Assembly: GCA_964575455.1 (NCBI GenBank)
Contig: CAZNRX010000016.1
Span: forward strand, 445-64,444
Source: an uncultured Anaerolineales bacterium
GTDB lineage: Bacteria > Chloroflexota > Anaerolineae > B4-G1
Length of the DNA: 64,000 bases
Direction: 5' to 3'
Positions 1 through 7,951 of this stretch are shown piece by piece; position 1 is the stretch's first letter; each line of letters begins with the position of its first letter. The notes beneath the pieces are model-generated. The model was not told the origin of the DNA, made no database searches, and saw only the letters and a program-made list of their open reading frames with translations. Made by a program: the position numbers and the translations under genes.

Positions 1-8
1 TCGAGAAG

Positions 9-620
9 GTGCGGGAGGGTGGTTGGGAGACGTGGGAGCCGATGGGCCTGCTGGGCGCTCAGGTGTGGGGAGCGACGCTCGGCATCGTCGGACTGGGTCG
101 CATTGGGACCGCCGTGGCGCGCCGCGGGCGTGGCTTCCAGATGCGGGTCCTCTACAATGATCCACACCGGAAGACGGATCTGGAGAAGGAGCTGGGGCTG
201 GCGTACGCCTCGCTCGATGAGTTGCTGGGTACAGCGGACTTCGTCAGCGTCCACACGCCCCTGGTGCCGGAGACCCATCACCTGATCGATGCGGCGGCGC
301 TGCGGCGCATGAAGCCGGAGGCCATCTTGATCAACGCCGCGCGCGGTGAGATCGTCGACACGGAGGCGTTGGTGCAGGCGCTGAAGGAGGGCTGGATCGC
401 CAGAGCGGCTTTGGACGTGACGGATCCCGAACCCATGCCGGCCGATCATCCCCTGGTCGGCCTGCCGAACTGCATCATCGTGCCGCACATCGGCAGCGCC
501 ACAATCCATGCCCGCGAGCGCATGGCGGAGATGGCGGCGGAGAACCTGCTGGCCGGGCTGCGCGGTGAGCGTCTTCCCTATTGCGCCAATCCGGAGGTCT
601 ACGGGGAGATGGGCCGATGA
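9..620 (+). CDS. D-isomer-specific 2-hydroxyacid dehydrogenase (glyoxylate/hydroxypyruvate reductase-like), C-terminal part; 5' end lies outside the window
   Basis: ORF runs from the window edge. It has the NAD-binding Rossmann motif [12 protein letters not shown], the catalytic-region motif IVPHIG and a typical GhrA/2-HADH C-terminus. Its stop overlaps the next start (ATGA). Confidence 0.8.
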   Translation: MREGGWETWEPMGLLGAQVWGATLGIVGLGRIGTAVARRGRGFQMRVLYNDPHRKTDLEKELGLAYASLDELLGTADFVSVHTPLVPETHHLIDAAALRRMKPEAILINAARGEIVDTEALVQALKEGWIARAALDVTDPEPMPADHPLVGLPNCIIVPHIGSATIHARERMAEMAAENLLAGLRGERLPYCANPEVYGEMGR

Positions 621-1030
621 GTCGCGTCATCTACACGGAGACGCCCGGAAAGACGCGCCATCACTATCGGCGCTCGATTGCCGAGATGTTGCGTCGGCTG
701 AGTCAGAAGGATCGGGTTGACGGCGAGGCGAAGGATCAGGCTGCGCTCATCGTCCTCTGCCTGCAGGGCATGGCAGAGACTGTTGATCAGACCATCCGTG
801 CCTGGGAGAAGCGAGACTACTGGATGAAGGCGGAGCGCTTCCAGCGGGAGTGGACCTGGTTGGATCCTATGGCCGATCAGCTAGGTGCGTTGATCTACGA
901 GGAGCGGTGGCACGAGCTTCCGTTCCTGCTGGCGAAGCTGGCGCCACATTTCGCCGACGTGACGGTGAAGCGGATGACACGCAAGCCGAGTTTCTGGCAG
1001 GGGGCCTATCAGAAGCTTATGAAGGGGTGA
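617..1030 (+). CDS. hypothetical protein
   Basis: ORF 581..1030 with an internal ATG at 617 that overlaps the upstream stop (ATGA). No recognisable motifs. Confidence 0.45.
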   Translation: MSRVIYTETPGKTRHHYRRSIAEMLRRLSQKDRVDGEAKDQAALIVLCLQGMAETVDQTIRAWEKRDYWMKAERFQREWTWLDPMADQLGALIYEERWHELPFLLAKLAPHFADVTVKRMTRKPSFWQGAYQKLMKG

Positions 1031-1041
1031 GCATCTTGTGA

Positions 1042-1139
1042 GACTTCCGAAGTCTTCGTTGCAGCGCTTCAGTGTGTCGGGCGCTCCTATGGGCAGGCCC
1101 AACTGGGTCTCATAGGCCACATACTAGACTTCGGAAGTC
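1042..1139. terminator. convergent intergenic region with nested inverted repeats; probable bidirectional terminator
   Basis: GACTTCCGAAGTC (1042-1054) and its exact reverse complement GACTTCGGAAGTC (1127-1139) flank an inner CCTATGGG...CTCATAGG repeat. The region lies between convergent genes. Confidence 0.35.
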
Positions 1140-1167
1140 CTTGAATGCCGAAACTGACGTTGTATTA

Positions 1168-2490
1168 CTAGAGCCGTTCATCCATGCCGATGGGCATCAT
1201 GACCATGCCGCTGATGACTTTGGGATAGAAGTCGGTCGACTTCTGCGGCATCTTCTCCCCGGCGGCGGTGCAGGCACGAACCTGCTCCATGCGAGTCGGG
1301 TTCAGGACGAAGAGGAACTCCGCCTCACCCTCGTCGACGGCGGCGTACCCCATCTGCGGGTCGCGCAGGTACTCGATGTTCTCCTTGCGCTCCACGGCTT
1401 CCTTGCTGATGTCCATCACGCGCTCGATGAGGAGTTCGTGTAGTACGCTGACGTCGAGCATGCGCCAGGCGGGGTCGCGGCCCGGCAGCAGTCGATCCAT
1501 CACGCCCGGGTCCTTGAGCTCCAGAACGGTGTGTCCGCCGTTGTAGAACCCGAAACGAGGATGGGCCGGCGTGGCCTCGTCCAGGGCCGCCTCAAGGTCC
1601 TCCCGGCTGTCGACAGGGATCAGACTGAAGGTCTCCTTGGCCTCCTCCAGGATCTCGGCCGCGCTCATCTTGCCGTAGGAGTGGATCAGGCGGTGGGTGG
1701 GCAGGATCACCAGGCCGGGGTCCTGCATGCTGACCATCGTCACCATGCGGAAGTTGAACCCAGCGTTGTCCGGAGCGTCGGGATGCTGCTCCCGCATCTC
1801 GTCGCGGTAGTTGAGGGCTGTCTCGTAGCGGTGATGGCCGTCGGCGATGATCAGGTTTCGCCTGGGCGCCATTTCCTCCAGGACGGCCTCGACGATCTCC
1901 GCGTCGGTCACGGGCCAGAACTGCTGTAGAACGTCCTTCTCAAAGAGCTCGCGGGCCTCAAGGCCCTCCGTCCTCTCGACGACTTCGTTCAACAGCTCGT
2001 TGATGCGATCGCCGGGGTAGAGCATGAAGATGTGCCCGAAATTGACCTCCGTCGCCCGCATAAGATTGAGGCGGTCGACCTTCGGCCCGGAATGCGTGCG
2101 CTCGTGGGGAAGGACGATGCCCTCGTCGAACGTGCTCAGCTGGAACGCGGTGACCAGGCCCTGGCGGCTCTTCTCCGTGCCGTCTGGCAGGGTGAAGCTC
2201 TGGCGCAGCACGTAGAGCGCCGGCTGATCCTCGCGCATCAGCACGCCCTGGTTCAGCCAGGTGGCGTAGTAGTCTCGGGCGCGGGTGTAGACGTTGTCGT
2301 CGTCGCTGTCCTCCGGCGTCTCCTTGCCCTTGATGATGCGCACGACGTTGTGGGGGCTCTGGTCGTAGTACTTATCCTGGAGCCCGTGGCGCACGCGGTC
2401 GTAGGGCTGGCTGATGACGCGAGAGAGGTCCTCGACCCTGTCCGGGTCGTATCGAGTGCCTCGGAAAGGTTTGATGGTTGCCATACTCAC
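1168..2490 (-). CDS. DUF1015 family protein (conserved hypothetical, COG4198-like)
   Basis: About 440 aa with N-terminus MATIKPFRGTRYDP, characteristic of DUF1015. Its start overlaps the upstream dehydrogenase stop (ATGA), indicating co-transcription. Confidence 0.65.
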   Translation of the reverse strand: MSMATIKPFRGTRYDPDRVEDLSRVISQPYDRVRHGLQDKYYDQSPHNVVRIIKGKETPEDSDDDNVYTRARDYYATWLNQGVLMREDQPALYVLRQSFTLPDGTEKSRQGLVTAFQLSTFDEGIVLPHERTHSGPKVDRLNLMRATEVNFGHIFMLYPGDRINELLNEVVERTEGLEARELFEKDVLQQFWPVTDAEIVEAVLEEMAPRRNLIIADGHHRYETALNYRDEMREQHPDAPDNAGFNFRMVTMVSMQDPGLVILPTHRLIHSYGKMSAAEILEEAKETFSLIPVDSREDLEAALDEATPAHPRFGFYNGGHTVLELKDPGVMDRLLPGRDPAWRMLDVSVLHELLIERVMDISKEAVERKENIEYLRDPQMGYAAVDEGEAEFLFVLNPTRMEQVRACTAAGEKMPQKSTDFYPKVISGMVMMPIGMDERL

Positions 2491-3392
2491 CCCCTGTTGG
2501 CGATCTCGATGGCGATGCTGGCCGTCTCCTCGCCGACGCGCGCCTTGGCCTCGACGGTGCCGGCGCCGATGTGGGGCGAGCCGATCACCTCAGGCCGCTC
2601 CATCAGCTTCTGACCACGCTCCTCGGCCTCGTCCTCGTAGACGTCTAGCGCGGCGCCGGCGACCTTGCCGCTCTCGATGGCCGCCAGCAGGGCGTCCTCG
2701 TCCAATGTGCCGCCGCGCCCGCAGTTGACGATCTTGACGCCATCCTGCATCTTGGCGAACTCCTCCTCGCCGATGAGGTAGTGCGTGGCGGGCGTGTGTG
2801 GGACGTGGAGCGAGATGTAGTCTGAGCGCTCCAGGAGCTCATCCATCGGCACCTGGGTGGCGAAGTCGCACTCGACGTCCGTGCGGCGGTGGAAGAGCAC
2901 CTCCATGCCGAGGGCGTTCGCCTTCTCGCCCACCAGGCTGCCGATCCGGCCGAAGCCGACCAAGCCCAGGGTCTTGCCGGCCAGCTCGGTGCCCTTGAGC
3001 TTCTTCTTCTCCCACTTCCCCTCTTTCATGGATACCGTGGCCTGAACGATGGGGCGGGCGAGGGCGAAAAGATAGCCAAGGGTCAGCTCGGCGACGGCGT
3101 TTGACGAGGCCGCCGGGGTGTTGCGCACCTCGATGCCGTGCTCCTCGGCGTAGTCGACGTCGATGCTGTCGAGGCCGACGCCAGCACGAATGATGGCCTT
3201 CAGGTTGGTCGCCTTGTCGATGAGGGGCTCGCGGACCTTGGTTCGGCTGCGGACGACCATCGCCTCATATTCGGGAATGATCTCCCCCAGCTCGTCCAGG
3301 GTGACGTCGTCGTTCACGTCGACGTCAACGCCACCCTCGCGCATCGCAGCAACAGCTTCCGGGTCTACCGGGTCGCAGACGATTAGTTTCAT
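2487..3392 (-). CDS. D-isomer 2-hydroxyacid dehydrogenase (short SerA-like D-3-phosphoglycerate dehydrogenase / hydroxypyruvate reductase)
   Basis: Carries GFGRIGSLVGEKANALGMEV (NAD binding) and a catalytic His/Glu region. Start taken at the internal ATG (MKLIVCD), which has an AAGGAG RBS; the annotated ORF extends to 3431 through an AT-rich stretch. Confidence 0.8.
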   Translation of the reverse strand: MKLIVCDPVDPEAVAAMREGGVDVDVNDDVTLDELGEIIPEYEAMVVRSRTKVREPLIDKATNLKAIIRAGVGLDSIDVDYAEEHGIEVRNTPAASSNAVAELTLGYLFALARPIVQATVSMKEGKWEKKKLKGTELAGKTLGLVGFGRIGSLVGEKANALGMEVLFHRRTDVECDFATQVPMDELLERSDYISLHVPHTPATHYLIGEEEFAKMQDGVKIVNCGRGGTLDEDALLAAIESGKVAGAALDVYEDEAEERGQKLMERPEVIGSPHIGAGTVEAKARVGEETASIAIEIANRG

Positions 3393-3451
3393 GGTCTGTC
3401 TCCTTATGTTGAAGATCAAGTTGATATTCATCTTGTGCTCCTGGTACCCAT

Positions 3452-3491
3452 GATCCGCGATCTTGAGCGCGAAGCCGCCGGATCGCGGATC
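3452..3491. other. intercistronic perfect inverted repeat (11 bp arms)
   Basis: GATCCGCGATC ... 18 nt ... GATCGCGGATC lies between the aminotransferase stop and the dehydrogenase start. Confidence 0.4.
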
Positions 3492-3524
3492 CGGCTAGAG
3501 CTTGGGGAGCCACAAGGTGAGTGG

Positions 3525-4592
3525 TTACAGATCCAGGATGTCCTCGATCTGGTCGGTCAGCCACTGCAGGTCGGTGAGCGTCAGGTCGCCCATGTGCGCG
3601 ATGCGGAAGCAATTCTCCTTCAAGGGGCCGTAGCCGTTGGAGATCTGAGCGCCGCGCAGTGCCAGCTCGGCGTTGAGGTCGGCGACGCTGATGCCGCGGG
3701 TGTTCTTCACGTTGGTCACCGTGGGCGACAGGTAGCGCTCGTTGGAGAAGAGGTCGAAGTACTCGCGCGCCCAGTCCTGGACGTACGCTGCCATCTCCTG
3801 GTGGCGCTTCCAGCGGTTCTCCAGCCCCAGCACCATGATGTCGTCCAGCTGGGCATCAAGGGCCTCGATCAAGCTGATGCACGGCGTGGCGCGGGTCTGG
3901 TGTTTCGGGTACTTCTTGTCCATCTGCTCGTAGGAGAAGTAGTAGCCGCCATTGGCGACCTCCAGGGCGCGCTCCCGTGCCCGATCGCTGACGGCGCAGA
4001 CGGTCAGTCCGGGGGGCAGGGCGAAGCATTTCTGGGTGCCGGCCAGGCAGACGTCCAGGCCCCAGGCGTCGAACTCGATCTTGGCCCCGGCCATGCCGCT
4101 GACGGCGTCGACCAGGATCAGCACGTCCGGGTATTTCTCGTGGACAAGGTCAGCGATCTCGTCGACGGGGTTCAGCATACCGGTTGAGGTCTCGTTGAAG
4201 ACCACGGTCAGGGCGTCGTACTCGCCGCTGGAGAGCGCCTCGTCGACGATCTCGGGGGTGATGGGCTGACCCCACTCCGCCTCGACGGTGCCCGTGGGCA
4301 CGCCGTTCGCCTCGCAGACGGTGTGCCAGCGATCTGAGAAAGCGCCGTTGATGGTGTTGAGTATCTTGGTTTTCGTGGCTTGACGGATGGTCCCCTCCAT
4401 CACGCCGGTGGACGATGAGGTGAAGAGGTAGACGCGCTGCTCCGTGTAGAGGAGCTTCTGGAGCTTCTCCGTCACGCCTTTGTGCAGCGTGGAGTACTCC
4501 GGAGCGCGGTGGTGGATGATGGGCGCTGCCTGCGCTTCCAGGATCTCATCGCGAACGTGCGTTGGCCCTGGGGTGAAGAGCTTTCTGTACAT
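3525..4592 (-). CDS. class V (AGXT-family) aminotransferase, either serine-glyoxylate/serine-pyruvate aminotransferase or AGXT-type phosphoserine aminotransferase
   Basis: 355 aa with N-terminus FTPGPT, typical of AGXT/SerC class V enzymes. Strong RBS (CAGGAGG) sits 7 nt upstream of the ATG. Confidence 0.8.
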   Translation of the reverse strand: MYRKLFTPGPTHVRDEILEAQAAPIIHHRAPEYSTLHKGVTEKLQKLLYTEQRVYLFTSSSTGVMEGTIRQATKTKILNTINGAFSDRWHTVCEANGVPTGTVEAEWGQPITPEIVDEALSSGEYDALTVVFNETSTGMLNPVDEIADLVHEKYPDVLILVDAVSGMAGAKIEFDAWGLDVCLAGTQKCFALPPGLTVCAVSDRARERALEVANGGYYFSYEQMDKKYPKHQTRATPCISLIEALDAQLDDIMVLGLENRWKRHQEMAAYVQDWAREYFDLFSNERYLSPTVTNVKNTRGISVADLNAELALRGAQISNGYGPLKENCFRIAHMGDLTLTDLQWLTDQIEDILDL

Positions 4593-4739
4593 CGTGTACC
4601 TCCTGTTCAGTGAATCGAATGTGAAGCTATCGTACCAACTGATAGATCGGCATAGCCTGGCTTGAGGGTTGTGAACACCCTGTCCAGTTGGCCTGAATCG
4701 GTCGCTCTGATCCCTGCGTCACCAGGAGCCCACCTATCG

Positions 4740-4776
4740 AAAAAAGGACGCACAAGCCTATCTGGCTGTGCGTCCT
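4740..4776 (-). terminator. intrinsic terminator serving as the expression platform of the glycine riboswitch
   Basis: On the minus strand, GGACGCACAGCCAGAUAGGCUUGUGCGUCC is followed by a U6 run. Its 5' arm abuts the P1 3' strand (ACAGAG) of aptamer 2. Confidence 0.7.
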
Positions 4777-5000
4777 CTGTCTCCCACCTGAGAGATTCCT
4801 CCCGAGTGATATTTGGGATTGCCCCTTCGGTATCCTTAGCGCGGCCCCAGGTGCTCTTGGAGCTGCTCTCCGGATTTTCCAGAGTGCCGAGGTAAGGGGT
4901 CCGGTGACCTGAGAGTTTCGTCGCCGTAGTCAGCCGGCCACGGCGAGTTGCCCCTTCGGTGTCCGCTTGGAGGCGGCCTCTCCCCCATACCCCAGGGCGG
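4777..5000 (-). promoter_or_regulatory. tandem-aptamer glycine riboswitch
   Basis: Minus-strand RNA contains GGAGAG...CACCGAAGGGGCAA...AAACUCUCAGGUCACCGGAC (aptamer 1) and CUGGA..GGAGAG...UACCGAAGGGGCAA...AAUCUCUCAGGUGGGAGACAGAG (aptamer 2). These match the conserved GGAGAG / CGCCGAAGGAGCAA / CUCUCAGGCAAAAGGACAGAG blocks of the gcvT riboswitch. Confidence 0.7.
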
Positions 5001-5020
5001 TCAGACTATGGTTTGAGCTT

Positions 5021-5049
5021 ATTTTACAGTATCCCTTCTCAAAAGTCAA
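5021..5049 (-). promoter_or_regulatory. sigma70-type promoter for the riboswitch-controlled operon
   Basis: Minus strand reads TTGACT - 17 bp - TAAAAT, about 15 nt upstream of the first aptamer. Confidence 0.45.
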
Positions 5050-5162
5050 TCTCGGCGAACTCGCGCTCCAGGTGACCGGCACTTCAAACGACTTCCTCCG
5101 GGACGACAGAGGGCTCTTCTGACACACGACGCGCGGCTTACAGGCTTGGTTGCAAATGCCGG

Positions 5163-7913
5163 TCACCTCAACGACGAAAACGATAAGGCGCGGGCGGAGC
5201 CGATGGTGGGATGATTCCTGAAGATGATGGGCAGGAACAGGCGCACCGGGGGGTAGTGAACCAGTACGCCTTCGAGGTCGTATGTCTCCTCGTCCCAGCT
5301 GTCCGTCCGCACCCGGTCGGCCATCTCGGCCACCGAGGCCAACCAGACATCCGGCCGGACGCTGGGCAGGGGTGCGTGAGAGAACCCCCAGGACTCGATG
5401 TGCCACCAGTCATCCGGTTCGGCGTTGGCCGGGTTGTCCGGGAAGCCGCTCTGATAGGTGGCGTTGATGGCCTGGACGTAGGCCAGATCGGGGTTCATGC
5501 GCACCCACAGGCCCGCTGTGTGTCGGAAGCCGTCCCAGGCCTGATGGATGTGGGGCTTCGTGCGCGGCGCCTGGACGTGGTCGGAGCTGGCGAAGACGAG
5601 CATGACCTTCAGGTCGGGCGCCTGGGTGATGAACTTGGGGTAGTTGTGCACGGTGATGCGATAGGGCCACGCCTGCTTTGTCTCGGTGTAGGTCGCCACG
5701 TCCGCGGGCCAAGTCTGGGGCGTCAAAGCGCCGTTGTCCAACAGAGCCTTGGTGAGGGCGCGTGAGTAGTAGCGCTTGTTGTTCCATAACCTAGGTCCCT
5801 TCTGCCCGACGATATACTGAGGGTGCCCATGGCCCGCCGCGAAGTAGGGACGGTCCATGCCACTTGGATCTTCGTACCACCCGACGGTGGAGTAGTCGAC
5901 GGTGACCGTGACAGGGCTGTAGGCCTGTTCCTCGAAGAAGGGGTTGGGAACTGGGTGGTGTTGGTCGTCGAAGTGACCCAGCTCGCAGGCGTACATCTCG
6001 TCACGGGTAGGGTTCTCCCGCCCGATCAGGTACTTGACTCGGGGCAGTTCAGAGCCGTGCTGGGCCAGGACGTTGGTTGCCACTACGCCGGCGTGAGACG
6101 AAGCGAAAAGCCCCACGTTGTCGGTGAGAACGTTCGTCGTGGCGATCAAGTTCTGGATGGTGTTTCCGTCGATGTCGGTCGTCATGCCCGAGGCGAACTT
6201 GATCACGTCGCGCAGGGCTTCCAGGGAACGAGGTCCGCCGTAGTCGTAGACACCCTGGCTGCGCGCGCCCGATGCAAGATCAGTGCGCTCCGGCCAGAGG
6301 TAGGAGACGGTGACAGCGCCGATCTCGGTGGTGTTGTTGACGCGGTGGAAGTCGCTGCCCGGGACGAACCAGGTGGAGGCCTCCACGACGACAGGGGCGC
6401 CCTCGGGGTAGCGCGGTAGCTCGGGGGCCTCGACCCGCACGGCGATGTCGTCTCCTTCGGAGTCGACGTAGGTGATGCGCTCGGCGCCGGGTGGCGCTGG
6501 CACGTTGACGCCCTGGGCCCGATCCGCCATCTGATAGACCGCGGCCAGCTGATAGATCGCCTTGGGGACGTCCGGGGGCAAGCAGTAGAGCTCTGCTCCT
6601 GACCAATCATCGGGCGGTTGGTTGGGGACGCGATTGGGCAGGTCGTCACGGCCAGCTAAGTCGGGATCGCCCTCGATCAGATAGGCGGGGCTGGGGTTGA
6701 TCTGCACCCAGGCACCGTTCTCGCGCCAACCGTCGAAGGCTTGGTGGATGTGCGGTTTGTCGCGTGGCGCTTGGACGTGGTCCCGCACGCCGCAGAGGAC
6801 CATCGCCTCCAGACCTGGCAGATGGGTCAGCGCCTGGTCGTAGAGCCAGACGGATTCCCGGAGGTACCAGTAGACGTTGGCTTGTGCTGGGTTGGCGATG
6901 TCCGAAGGCCAGGTGTCTGTGAAGACGTGTCTGTCGGCCAGGGCCTGAGTGACAGCTCGGGAGTAGACCTCTAATGCGCCGCTGGGATGGGGGAAGGGAT
7001 CGAGGGGGAAGTCCTCATCGAGCTGCAGGACGCCATCTAGGTCGAGGTCAGGCGTTTGCAGGCCCGTGAACGGGTCTGCAACCGTCGTGTACTCGTCATC
7101 GCCGTTACCGTCGTGGAAGATGCGACGCGTGGTGGCGTCTGGATCGTAGGTCAGGTCGTCGTAGGTCACATCCAGGATGCGCCGTCCGTAGTCCACGTAG
7201 CGTGGGTTCATGAAATCGCCTTGGTGGGGATGGCCCGGTTCCAGCACGATGCGGCCCAGGTCGCGCGTGGCTGCCTGGCTGGAGACGGGGGTCTCCCACT
7301 GGATGACGTAACGCAGATGTCCGGCAAGGTCCTGCCCGTGCTGGGCGGCCACGGCGACGACGATGTTGCCGCCGTTGGAGACGCCCTCCAGGCCGATGTT
7401 GTCGTGCAGCACGGGTACGGGCACGATCTCATCAATGGAGCGTCCTTGGCTGTCGGACAGCTCGCCGGCGGCGTAGAGGATGACGTCTCGCATGGCAGCG
7501 ATGGAACGAACACCGCGGTAGTCGTAGGTCCCGTCGGAACTGAGTCCAGCCGCCGTATCTTCCCCACCGGGGAATAGGAAGCTGATGATGATCACGCCAT
7601 CCGTCTCGGGCGGCAGGCCGTGGCTAATGCCTTTGGCTTCGTAGCCCCCGGCTCCCCAGATGAGCACAGGCGCCCCCTGTGGATATCTGGCGTGGCCAGC
7701 CCTGGGGGTATGGACTCGGACAGCCAGCGTGCCAGTGGGGCTGCCCGTGCTTGGCGATGGGAGTCTCACGTCTAGGGGCGTGGCAGGAGCGGGGGAGGCG
7801 CGAGGGGGCGGTGCTGCGGCCAGGCTAAGGCTGAGCAGCAGAGCCGAGCCGAGCATGGCGACGCCAAATGAGAGCGCCCGTCTGCAGGAGACGGAACGGT
7901 GCATTGGGGACAT
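5163..7913 (-). CDS. secreted protein with two tandem alpha/beta-hydrolase-like domains (putative esterase/peptidase; function unknown)
   Basis: N-terminal signal peptide. Internal duplication of about 400 aa (RYPQGAPVLIWGAGG.../RYPEGAPVVV...; HVQAPRDKPHIHQAFDGW/HVQAPRTKPHIHQAWDGF). GVSNGG nucleophile elbow (GxSxG) in repeat 1, degenerate ASSHAG in repeat 2. Confidence 0.65.
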   Translation of the reverse strand: MSPMHRSVSCRRALSFGVAMLGSALLLSLSLAAAPPPRASPAPATPLDVRLPSPSTGSPTGTLAVRVHTPRAGHARYPQGAPVLIWGAGGYEAKGISHGLPPETDGVIIISFLFPGGEDTAAGLSSDGTYDYRGVRSIAAMRDVILYAAGELSDSQGRSIDEIVPVPVLHDNIGLEGVSNGGNIVVAVAAQHGQDLAGHLRYVIQWETPVSSQAATRDLGRIVLEPGHPHQGDFMNPRYVDYGRRILDVTYDDLTYDPDATTRRIFHDGNGDDEYTTVADPFTGLQTPDLDLDGVLQLDEDFPLDPFPHPSGALEVYSRAVTQALADRHVFTDTWPSDIANPAQANVYWYLRESVWLYDQALTHLPGLEAMVLCGVRDHVQAPRDKPHIHQAFDGWRENGAWVQINPSPAYLIEGDPDLAGRDDLPNRVPNQPPDDWSGAELYCLPPDVPKAIYQLAAVYQMADRAQGVNVPAPPGAERITYVDSEGDDIAVRVEAPELPRYPEGAPVVVEASTWFVPGSDFHRVNNTTEIGAVTVSYLWPERTDLASGARSQGVYDYGGPRSLEALRDVIKFASGMTTDIDGNTIQNLIATTNVLTDNVGLFASSHAGVVATNVLAQHGSELPRVKYLIGRENPTRDEMYACELGHFDDQHHPVPNPFFEEQAYSPVTVTVDYSTVGWYEDPSGMDRPYFAAGHGHPQYIVGQKGPRLWNNKRYYSRALTKALLDNGALTPQTWPADVATYTETKQAWPYRITVHNYPKFITQAPDLKVMLVFASSDHVQAPRTKPHIHQAWDGFRHTAGLWVRMNPDLAYVQAINATYQSGFPDNPANAEPDDWWHIESWGFSHAPLPSVRPDVWLASVAEMADRVRTDSWDEETYDLEGVLVHYPPVRLFLPIIFRNHPTIGSARALSFSSLR

Positions 7914-7951
7914 GGCGCGATGATCCTCCTGTCACTAGACTGGTTCAGGCT

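Noticed and set aside
4775-4815. Possible T-box leader (GGUGGGA resembling the T-box AGGGUGGNACCGCG) upstream of the aminotransferase
   Set aside because: The CCGCG part is missing. The whole leader is much better explained by two glycine-riboswitch aptamers, to which the CUCUCAGGUGGGAGACAGAG block belongs.
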